Virus record (IMG/VR): IMGVR_UViG_3300020044_000807 | Coordinates: 1 to 24,069 of that record | Reading direction: 5' to 3' (one strand) | Source of the DNA: a virus | Taxonomy: Duplodnaviria > Caudoviricetes | DNA: 24,069 bases | Part shown: positions 17,405 through 24,069 of the stretch, piece by piece | Position numbering within the stretch: the stretch's first letter is position 1 | Layout: each line of letters begins with the position of its first letter | Program-made: the position numbers and the translations under genes | Notes under the pieces: generated by a model | Told to the model about the DNA's origin: nothing | Database searches by the model: none | The model's input: only the letters and a program-made list of their open reading frames with translations

Positions 17405-18204
17405 ACTTGTCTACCTAGAGTTGTTTGTAATTTCTGTACTGCCGTGTATAAGTTTGATGCTTCATCACTTGTTAAACCATCTCCAATTGATGCAAAAGCA
17501 AATTGTTTAGCAGAAAATTCTCCGTTATTAATACCTAAAAGGTACATATTTGAAGAAGGTAATGCTAAACTATTTTTCGTCATAGTGTGTATTTGAGTAC
17601 CATTTTTATATAAATTTTGTGTTGTAGAAGATGGTCTATTAAATGTAAACAATCCTAAACTTACATTTGTTGTGCTTGTAATTCCAAATGGAACATCTGA
17701 ACCCATTAAATAATATTGTTTACTATCACTAAATTTAGCATTACCCATAAAAAAAGTTTGTACTGGAGAAAATTGTTTAACTCCAAAATCGCCTTGTGAT
17801 GACGATAAGTCTGTACGAGAATACAAAGAGACAGAAGTACTATTCAAAGTTAATTGAGATGATGGAGATATGAACGTGTTTGCAAATCCATTAATTCCAT
17901 TACCTTGTATGCCATTACTTGAATGCGTAAGACCACCACTAAAAGCAAGTCTAAAAGCTCCATTTGTATCTTGTGGGTCTTTTAAATTGAATTTATGAGT
18001 CGTAGCAGTACCCCCAACAAATGGATAGATAGCTTTCATTTTATCCCAAACTCCGTACGTTTTTAAGTCAACACATAAAGAATTAATAGCACCTTGAATT
18101 GTTGGGTCAGTGATTCCAGTAGCAGATAAAAAAGCCGTAGCACTTGGATCTGGTACAGACAAAAACGAAAGTCTATTATAAAGCGAGTAGCAATATCCGT
18201 ACAT
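17401..18204 (-). CDS. Putative tail fibre/receptor-binding protein, lectin-like beta fold
   Basis: W.KMKAIYPFVGG...HKFNLKDP, FASIGDGLT, QTTLGRQV motifs; Ser/Thr/Gly-rich. Confidence 0.55.
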   Translation of the reverse strand: MYGYCYSLYNRLSFLSVPDPSATAFLSATGITDPTIQGAINSLCVDLKTYGVWDKMKAIYPFVGGTATTHKFNLKDPQDTNGAFRLAFSGGLTHSSNGIQGNGINGFANTFISPSSQLTLNSTSVSLYSRTDLSSSQGDFGVKQFSPVQTFFMGNAKFSDSKQYYLMGSDVPFGITSTTNVSLGLFTFNRPSSTTQNLYKNGTQIHTMTKNSLALPSSNMYLLGINNGEFSAKQFAFASIGDGLTSDEASNLYTAVQKLQTTLGRQV

Positions 18205-18205
18205 C

Positions 18206-18478
18206 TTAACCTAATACTAAAGCGATTGAACCACTTGTTAAAGTCACTCCGCTAAATTGCACATCGTTAATTGGTGTAATAATTGCACCAGCTTTAATTG
18301 CTTTTGTTGCGTCTGCTAAGTATGTACTCTTTGCATCTGTACCAGCAACACGAATAGAACTAAAGATAGTGTCTTCAAGTACAACAATAGCATCAATCGT
18401 TTTATTTACTGCCGTTGTATTGTTTACTATGTACGTTCCTAAGTTAGCGACTAATTCGCCCATCAAATTTGTTCCCAT
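18206..18478 (-). CDS. Small virion structural protein
   Basis: 90 aa beta-rich, ends LTSGSIALV; first gene after a late-promoter motif. Confidence 0.55.
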   Translation of the reverse strand: MGTNLMGELVANLGTYIVNNTTAVNKTIDAIVVLEDTIFSSIRVAGTDAKSTYLADATKAIKAGAIITPINDVQFSGVTLTSGSIALVLG

Positions 18479-18494
18479 TTCTTTTGTTTTTATT

Positions 18495-18523
18495 TATATT
18501 GTTTTGTTTTTAAATTTCGTTTT
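18495..18523 (-). promoter_or_regulatory. Putative phage-sigma late promoter 4
   Basis: AAAACG-N15-ACAATATA between terL and the tail block. Confidence 0.75.
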
Positions 18524-19674
18524 TAAAAAGCCATATAAGCATCATCTGAATAGTACATCTCTCGTATGTAAGTTGTAGCGTATCGTATTGCATCCATAGC
18601 ATCGTCAAATAACTTGACTGGCTCATCTGTTATTATGTCGCCTATCTTCTTCCATTTGTAGTTGTCGTATTCCTTTTTCAATGGTGGATAGTCCTCTGCA
18701 TATACTCCGAAAGTTTTAACGTTGTCAATTCCTTTTTTAACTACCTTATTCGCATTGCCTACATTGTAACCAGCCGTTTGTAATTCTGCTATGATTTCTG
18801 GTCGTGAGTAATCAGCTAAGATGTCAGCGTACTTATCAATTCCTAATTGGTCGAACCTTTCAATTAATTGCGTAGTCGTTAAATATGATTCGTATATAAT
18901 CGGCTCAATGTAAATATCTTTGTCGCAATAGTAAACTTTGACCAATGCCGTAGGGTGGTTATATCCAAAATCTAAGCCATAAACAAAATTCACAAAGCGT
19001 GTGTCTCTATGCTTTACAAAAGTCCAATTTGAATAGATGTTTAGTTTGCTTACTGCTTTCTCCCCTAATGCGTAAATCTGATATAGTGCTTCGTCTGTTC
19101 TTTGTAAGTCTTCAATCTGTCTTTTGATTGATTCTGGTAAGAATGGATTGTCTTTATACGTTGATTTGATTAATACGCTTTCTTGTTCTGGTAACTCATA
19201 TAACCAAGATGCCGACTCAGATGGATTGTAGTCAAATATAAGTTTTGACTCAGTACGCATATTCAATTGTTGGAAATCCTCAAACCATAACTCATTTGCT
19301 TCATTGCACCAACCGATATCACGTTTACGCCCTCTAATCTTTTGCTCATCGTCAACACTAAAGAACTCTACAATAGAACCATTTGCAAATCGGTAGATAT
19401 TCTCACTCATATTGTGGTTAGACTTTTCGTACAAGTCCAAGTCTTTAAGCACCTCAAAGAAATCTCTCATAACGGTTGCACGTAACGCTGGGAATGTTTT
19501 ACGAACTATTGACACTACCTTGTTTGGATTTGCCAAGCACCACACAATAAGCAACTGACAAAGCGAATAAGTCTTGCTTGAACGTGAACCACCTTGATTG
19601 ATAAGAAAGCGAATAGAATTGTCTTCTAATGCTTTATAGTTCTTTTCAAATACCTTTGTCGCTTTGATTTCCAT
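18523..19674 (-). CDS. terL: Terminase large subunit (PBSX-like)
   Basis: Walker A QGGSRSSKT, Walker B WCNEANE, DYNP, nuclease GLDFG and DDAMDAIRY. Confidence 0.95.
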   Translation of the reverse strand: MEIKATKVFEKNYKALEDNSIRFLINQGGSRSSKTYSLCQLLIVWCLANPNKVVSIVRKTFPALRATVMRDFFEVLKDLDLYEKSNHNMSENIYRFANGSIVEFFSVDDEQKIRGRKRDIGWCNEANELWFEDFQQLNMRTESKLIFDYNPSESASWLYELPEQESVLIKSTYKDNPFLPESIKRQIEDLQRTDEALYQIYALGEKAVSKLNIYSNWTFVKHRDTRFVNFVYGLDFGYNHPTALVKVYYCDKDIYIEPIIYESYLTTTQLIERFDQLGIDKYADILADYSRPEIIAELQTAGYNVGNANKVVKKGIDNVKTFGVYAEDYPPLKKEYDNYKWKKIGDIITDEPVKLFDDAMDAIRYATTYIREMYYSDDAYMAF

Positions 19675-19819
19675 TTGCAGTTTGAAACGCTATGTGTAGT
19701 TTTAAAAGTTGTTGAGGGTCGTTTACTATGTTTTTATCAATTGTAACGTGTACTCCTTTCATTTTGTAGATATATTCTTCTACAACTGCTATCATATAAA
19801 TTGGATTATGATGCGTCAT
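19646..19819 (-). CDS. Small hypothetical protein (not in ORF track; alternative start 19795)
   Basis: MTHHNPIYMIAVVEEYIYKMKGVHVTID...DKGI* fills the terS-terL gap and overlaps both. Confidence 0.65.
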   Translation of the reverse strand: MTHHNPIYMIAVVEEYIYKMKGVHVTIDKNIVNDPQQLLKLHIAFQTANGNQSDKGI

Positions 19820-20219
19820 TTGAACCTACAATAGTAATTTTAATATCGTTGACTTGTTGACCTTGTGTGGTTACGTCTGTACGTTCTGTTAAGTTATTTA
19901 AGCGTTGAGTAATTGATGGATTGAATTGTCCAACCATACCACCCTCGATTTGGTCTGTTCTGATTTCATCCTCTATATGCGTACAGATTGTTCGATACTC
20001 AATATATGAATTATCGGTATTTGAAAAATAATGTACTATTGTAACTCCTTTCTTATGGCAAAATGTTCTAAATCCAGACATTGTCAAAGGTGGTAAATGA
20101 AACTCAGAGACTACTCCTTTTGGTGTTGCCTTTTGTATTTCTCTTGGTGTTAAACTTACTTTGTACTCCTCGAATAGTTGGTACATTGCCTCTGGTGTTT
20201 TTATATACTTTGGTTTCAT
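19806..20219 (-). CDS. terS: Terminase small subunit (P22 gp3-like DNA packaging protein)
   Basis: TPE....LFEEY, PLT.SGF, DQIEGGMVGQFNPSITQRLNNL; upstream of terL. Confidence 0.8.
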   Translation of the reverse strand: MKPKYIKTPEAMYQLFEEYKVSLTPREIQKATPKGVVSEFHLPPLTMSGFRTFCHKKGVTIVHYFSNTDNSYIEYRTICTHIEDEIRTDQIEGGMVGQFNPSITQRLNNLTERTDVTTQGQQVNDIKITIVGSNDAS

Positions 20220-20392
20220 TCGTAGTGTTTTAGAAATTCGTCTTCACTTACCATATTAATCATTACTTCGTGCGGTTCGTCAGATGTGTACTCGTAGAAA
20301 CAAACGTGTGTATTCTCATCTACTATTGCATTGACCATTCTTTGCATTCTTTCGTACATAGAACGTGAATAGTGAATTATAAAGTATCTCAT
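20216..20392 (-). CDS. 58-aa hypothetical protein (not in ORF track)
   Basis: MRYFIIHYSRSMYERMQ...EDEFLKHYE*; ATGA overlaps with both neighbours. Confidence 0.75.
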   Translation of the reverse strand: MRYFIIHYSRSMYERMQRMVNAIVDENTHVCFYEYTSDEPHEVMINMVSEDEFLKHYE

Positions 20393-20652
20393 TGTACTTT
20401 CTTTTTACGTGTTGTTTTCTTTACTGGTGCTTCAATAATTTCAGTCAATGCTTCAATTACTTCTGGAGAAGTTGGTGTAAATTCTGGTTCGTGCGATTCG
20501 ACCTTTTCGTCTTCAAATAAATGCGTGTAACCTAAAGCAATAAGTCTGCGTTCTTGCATCGGTTTTATAGTATTCAAGTCTATTTTTATCATACCCAAAA
20601 TTCCATCGTTAATAGTTATTACCTTTCCTTTATGTTCTTCCTTTACTTTCAT
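20389..20652 (-). CDS. Hypothetical protein with basic C-terminus; likely start MKVKEEHK
   Basis: ATG at 20652 follows late-promoter motif 5; ends APVKKTTRKKKVQ. Confidence 0.7.
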   Translation of the reverse strand: MKVKEEHKGKVITINDGILGMIKIDLNTIKPMQERRLIALGYTHLFEDEKVESHEPEFTPTSPEVIEALTEIIEAPVKKTTRKKKVQ

Positions 20653-20659
20653 ATCGTTT

Positions 20660-21175
20660 TTATTTATATTGTCCGTACTTTTCAAAATGTTTTATTGACT
20701 CCAGCATCTCGTTAATCATAAAATGTGCTGATGTGTGACTGATTCCAAAATGCTTAGCAATCGTGCGACCAGTAGAAATCTGCTTATCGTAATACGTCTC
20801 AAAGAATATCAGCTTAATTTTGTCCGTTATTTGTCCCCTATAATTTTCTAATATCTCCAATCTGTCGCTAAACTTTATTTCATCTTCAAGTGAATCATCA
20901 ATTGAATCTGGTATGTATTCGTTCTCAACTGAATTTATTATCTCTTTCTTTGAATCTGTCTGCCATAGTAATTCACACTTGATTAAATGAAGAAACATTG
21001 CTTTTGCTTCGTGTTCTTCTTTGTACTGGTACTTTGATTCACTTGCTTTAATGTAAGCGTTGTTTATTATCGTATCAATGTCAAGTTGAGAATTTAATCT
21101 ACTGACAAAATACCTTGTATAACGATTTATTTCATCGTAGTTTTTGGTAATGTAGTTATTTAGTAATGCTATCAT
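20660..21175 (-). CDS. ECF-like sigma-70 factor
   Basis: 171 aa; region-2-like N-terminus (Y..I...T..F....DID.IIN.AYIK) and C-terminal HTH (IFFETYYD...TGRTIAKHFGISHTSA...I). Confidence 0.65.
   Translation of the reverse strand: MIALLNNYITKNYDEINRYTRYFVSRLNSQLDIDTIINNAYIKASESKYQYKEEHEAKAMFLHLIKCELLWQTDSKKEIINSVENEYIPDSIDDSLEDEIKFSDRLEILENYRGQITDKIKLIFFETYYDKQISTGRTIAKHFGISHTSAHFMINEMLESIKHFEKYGQYK
20665..20693 (-). promoter_or_regulatory. Putative phage-sigma late promoter 5, inside the 3' end of the sigma gene
   Basis: AAAACA-N15-ACAATATA, 12 nt before the ATG at 20652. Confidence 0.7.
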
Positions 21176-21362
21176 ACCAATTGTAAAAGTCTTTTATCCA
21201 AATTCTGCGTCTTACTTGACTACAAAAGCATTCCTTTTCTTTAACTCCAGTTTCTTTAATTCGTATTGCAGATAGTTTTATGCAACTAACTTTTGCCGAC
21301 TTAATAATTGGGTCTGCATCTCGCAACGATTCGATTAAAGCTATTTCAGTTTCTGTAAACAT
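21156..21362 (-). CDS. Small basic protein with CxC motif; likely start MFTETEI
   Basis: KEKECFCSQVRRRIW; the start at 21362 avoids a long overlap with 21341..21589. Confidence 0.65.
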   Translation of the reverse strand: MFTETEIALIESLRDADPIIKSAKVSCIKLSAIRIKETGVKEKECFCSQVRRRIWIKDFYNWYDSITK

Positions 21363-21589
21363 AATTGAATTGTATATGCAATAAGTGAAACAAAGCAAGC
21401 CATAAAAAAGTCTTGAAAATAAAAAAGTGCAAACCAAAAAGATAAGCACTTCATACAACTAACTGCGGAATAAATCGCATCGGTGTATTTATTGACCTCA
21501 ATTTGTAAAAATAACCTATCAAATTGACGTTGTAATGGTTCAAAATTAGCAAACCACCACGCAAAAGAAATTAAAAATAGTACTTCCAT
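21341..21589 (-). CDS. Small membrane protein with CxxC (DUF1360-like)
   Basis: Hydrophobic segments around SCMKCLSFW. Confidence 0.65.
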   Translation of the reverse strand: MEVLFLISFAWWFANFEPLQRQFDRLFLQIEVNKYTDAIYSAVSCMKCLSFWFALFYFQDFFMACFVSLIAYTIQLCLQKLK

Positions 21590-21594
21590 ATTTG

Positions 21595-21625
21595 CAAATA
21601 TAAAATATTGTATTATAGACGCAAC
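21595..21625 (-). promoter_or_regulatory. Bacteroidota sigmaA-type promoter of the sigma-factor operon
   Basis: GTTG-N19-TATATTTG, 5 nt before the ATG at 21589. Confidence 0.8.
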
Positions 21626-21627
21626 AT

Positions 21628-21685
21628 TTTGTTAATAAGTTATACTACATAAGGTATAAAAGCAATAGTTTGTTAATAAGTTATA
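21628..21685. repeat. 17-bp direct repeat TTTGTTAATAAGTTATA (21628-21644, 21669-21685)
   Basis: Exact repeat 41 bp apart, immediately upstream of the -33 element. Confidence 0.9.
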
Positions 21686-21689
21686 TCAA

Positions 21690-22229
21690 TTATGGTATAA
21701 ATTCTTTACATTTTTGTTTGTAATACTCTGCAAGTTCTTTCAATTCATCCTTTGTAAACTTTCTTGTTACGTATGCACGTTCACGTAACATAGTAAACTC
21801 ATCTGCTCCTATCTTGTTCTCTAAGTGTATTCCGTATTCAATTAGATTGCCAGACAAAAACGTATTGCAGTGTTCACATTGTAAATGTACATTCATCTCA
21901 TCAAATCGTACGTTTGTATGTGTTCCAGCAGAAAAATAGTGTCCAGCGTTTTCTTTTTTTGGTTTCTTTTGGCAACTGATACATAAATTTCCAGCATCTC
22001 GCATACGAATATACTTGTTAAAATTAGTTTGAGCAATCTTAAACCAGTCTTGTAAAGTCATCAAGTCTTCTTTTAACGCTTTCTTACGCACTTTCTTTAT
22101 CTTTTCAAGGTTCTTTATTGCTTGACGTGTTTTAGTACATACAAAGCAAAGTCTGTCCGTAGTTCTAAATGGTGTAAATATCGTTTCACATTCCTTGCAT
22201 TTCTTTTCAAAGTTATTCTTAAATTCCAT
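21690..22229 (-). CDS. ninG: NinG/Rap-like recombination endonuclease
   Basis: AQ..FN.YIR.RD, CISC, AGHY, RFDE.NVHLQC..CN..LSGN; N-terminal CxxC..CxxC. Confidence 0.9.
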   Translation of the reverse strand: MEFKNNFEKKCKECETIFTPFRTTDRLCFVCTKTRQAIKNLEKIKKVRKKALKEDLMTLQDWFKIAQTNFNKYIRMRDAGNLCISCQKKPKKENAGHYFSAGTHTNVRFDEMNVHLQCEHCNTFLSGNLIEYGIHLENKIGADEFTMLRERAYVTRKFTKDELKELAEYYKQKCKEFIP

Positions 22230-22512
22230 TCGTCAAGTTTTCGTTTATCTTTTTCAACTGCTCTACTTCTCTTGTTAACTCCATTACTTTTTTATGTTCT
22301 GCATATAGTAATGTTTGGTATTGTTTGTTTTCATCTACTAAAATATTAAAAGTAGTTCGTGCGTCTTGTAAAAAATCAAAATGTTTTTGCATTGACTCAA
22401 TTAAATCTGTACGATGTGCATTCTTTTTTTTGATATCGTCTATTGAAATCTGTAAAGACTGCGTTAACGATTCAAAAGTTATTGATGCTTCTATTATTGC
22501 TATCTGTTTCAA
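22219..22512 (-). CDS. Hypothetical coiled-coil protein
   Basis: 97-aa ORF overlapping both neighbours. Confidence 0.7.
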   Translation of the reverse strand: MKQIAIIEASITFESLTQSLQISIDDIKKKNAHRTDLIESMQKHFDFLQDARTTFNILVDENKQYQTLLYAEHKKVMELTREVEQLKKINENLTNGI

Positions 22513-23417
22513 AATGGTAAATTATCAAATGAATTATTTGGTGTTATTGCTTTTGTACTTGGCAAAGTTAATCTTTTTATCACATCTTTACCTCTAACTT
22601 TAAAACCTAAGCCAAAATTGTAGTCCATCATCATTGGCTCGTTTAATAGCGTTGGCTTTCCTCCAGTATCTGTATCTTTAATCTTTACTACCTCAACCAT
22701 TGTGTAGTTCCATAATTCGGGATGTTGTGTCAATCTGTGTACTACTAAAAAATCGTCTGCTTTATTTGCGAATGCTTTACCGCCTTCAATGTCTGACTTT
22801 AATGGTGGCATAACGTGACCAGACCATCCGTGCTTTTCTGGATAAACTGCCGAACGTCTACCACTTGCTGAACTTGGATGAGCATTTATGTAGATTGTTT
22901 TACCATTCTTTGTGAAGTGCTTTAAATCGTTTAATACATCGTAGTTTGAACTATAAGACATCGGAGTTTTTAAACCATTGAACGGGTCAATTAAATGTAC
23001 ATCGCATTCTGCTTTATCAAATATGTTTAATAATTCGTCTGGAGTGTATCGTTTGGTATTATCTACAAACTTAAACGAGTCTTCTAAAATTGTTTCGTAT
23101 CTTCTAACTTCGTTGTATGTTAAATCCATAAACTTTTTGCCTGCATACATTTGTATTAAGTCACGCATAACTTTACCTTGATAGTTTTCATCCATAAACA
23201 AACAAAACTTTAAATTGTGATTTGTTGCAAGTGCTAAAAAATACCATTCTAAAAAATATGTTTTACCTACGTTATCGTGTCCTAAAATTATATTTAGTTG
23301 TCCTTGCTTATGAACGAAGAAATCGTCTAAGTCGCAACCTAATTTTAAACCAGTTGGTATTTTACCATCTAAATAGTCGTTTAGGTATTGAGTACTATGT
23401 CCGTTGTTTAAAATCAT
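22509..23417 (-). CDS. DnaB/Twinkle-like SF4 replicative helicase
   Basis: Walker A GHDNVGKT, Walker B LIDPFN, AHP, ANKADDFLVVHR, V.KIKD..TGG. Confidence 0.85.
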   Translation of the reverse strand: MILNNGHSTQYLNDYLDGKIPTGLKLGCDLDDFFVHKQGQLNIILGHDNVGKTYFLEWYFLALATNHNLKFCLFMDENYQGKVMRDLIQMYAGKKFMDLTYNEVRRYETILEDSFKFVDNTKRYTPDELLNIFDKAECDVHLIDPFNGLKTPMSYSSNYDVLNDLKHFTKNGKTIYINAHPSSASGRRSAVYPEKHGWSGHVMPPLKSDIEGGKAFANKADDFLVVHRLTQHPELWNYTMVEVVKIKDTDTGGKPTLLNEPMMMDYNFGLGFKVRGKDVIKRLTLPSTKAITPNNSFDNLPF

Positions 23418-23426
23418 AATTCATTA

Positions 23427-24032
23427 TTTAAAAATTTTATATTAGACAGTGGTGCTTTTACTTATTTAAATGGGTTGAAAGAAAATGTCGACTGGGATTT
23501 ATATATTGATCAATATGCAAAATTTATAAATAAACATAATATTGATTTATTTATTGAGCTTGACATCGACTCAGTGGTTGGCTTGAAAGAGGTTGAAAGA
23601 TTAAGAGATAAACTGGAAAATTTAACCAACAAAAAGTGCATTCCCGTTTGGCATAAAAGTAGAGGTCTTCAATATTGGAAAGATATGTGCAAAAATTATG
23701 ATTATATTGCTATCGGTGGTATTGTTACTCAAGAAATAAAAAGAACTGAATATGCAATATTTAACCCATTATTAAAAATAGCAGCTCAAAATAATTGTAA
23801 AGTTCACGGCTTAGGATTTACAAATCTTGAAGGGATAAAAAAATATAAATTTTATTCGGTTGACTCGACAGCGTGGTTATATGGTAACAGAGGCGGATAT
23901 CTTTATAAATTTACTGGCGAAACAATTGCCAAAATAGCCCCAAAAGGCATGACATTAAAAAGCAGAGAAGCGGCTATTCATAATTTTTCAGAATGGTTAA
24001 AGTTTTCACAATACGTAGAAAATAATTTATGA
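23427..24032 (+). CDS. dpdA: DpdA/TGT-like 7-deazaguanine transglycosylase, 5'-truncated
   Basis: The frame extends upstream of the listed TTG to FKNFILDSGAFT; also ELDID, IPVWH, YIAIGG, KVHGLG, SVDSTAW; no ATG before the TAA at 23409. Confidence 0.7.
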   Translation, partial: FKNFILDSGAFTYLNGLKENVDWDLYIDQYAKFINKHNIDLFIELDIDSVVGLKEVERLRDKLENLTNKKCIPVWHKSRGLQYWKDMCKNYDYIAIGGIVTQEIKRTEYAIFNPLLKIAAQNNCKVHGLGFTNLEGIKKYKFYSVDSTAWLYGNRGGYLYKFTGETIAKIAPKGMTLKSREAAIHNFSEWLKFSQYVENNL

Positions 24033-24069
24033 AAGCACTTGTTTTATTATCTGGAGGTCAAGACTCAAC
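24029..24069 (+). CDS. queC: 7-cyano-7-deazaguanine synthase QueC, N-terminus only
   Basis: MKALVLLSGGQDS(T) PP-loop; ATGA overlap with the TGT-like gene. Confidence 0.8.
   Translation, partial: MKALVLLSGGQDS

Noticed and set aside
3122-23419. Other short plus-strand ORFs in the track (3122, 7302, 8158, 10541, 11512, 12039, 17390, 18369, 22122, 22325, 22978, 23222)
   Set aside because: All overlap well-supported minus-strand genes on the opposite strand and show no recognisable motifs.
1-24069. Integrase, tRNA, CRISPR array or IS element
   Set aside because: No supporting motifs or structures seen; lifestyle cannot be determined from this window.

Overview
An AT-rich segment of a tailed dsDNA phage, most likely a siphovirus of a Bacteroidota (Flavobacteria-like) host, judged from TAnnTTTG promoters and A-rich start regions. 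Nearly all genes are on the minus strand. Read right to left they are: DnaB-like helicase, NinG-like nuclease, a three-gene unit ending in an ECF-like sigma factor, terminase small and large subunits, tail genes and tape measure, protease/scaffold, major capsid, tail tube, portal, adaptor, holin/spanin/M15 endolysin, a DEDD exonuclease and small early genes. Two paralogous chaperone-like genes are inverted inside the structural block. The main unannotated signal is a bipartite motif, WAAACR-N15-ACAATATW, found five times with an exact 15-nt spacer directly before late genes; it is the probable promoter of the phage sigma factor. Also seen: a promoter/terminator-bounded candidate sRNA antisense to a translation-start-like sequence, a gene flanked by a 19-bp direct repeat, and DnaA-box-like repeats alongside a DnaA domain-IV-like protein. 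Both ends look like junctions. Bases 1-418 are a diverged sibling copy of 826-1252 that cuts an ERF-like gene. From about 23420 an inverted, 5'-truncated DpdA/TGT-like gene and the start of queC abut the helicase start. These junctions may be chimeric artefacts. All family calls come from motif recognition by eye, not database searches.
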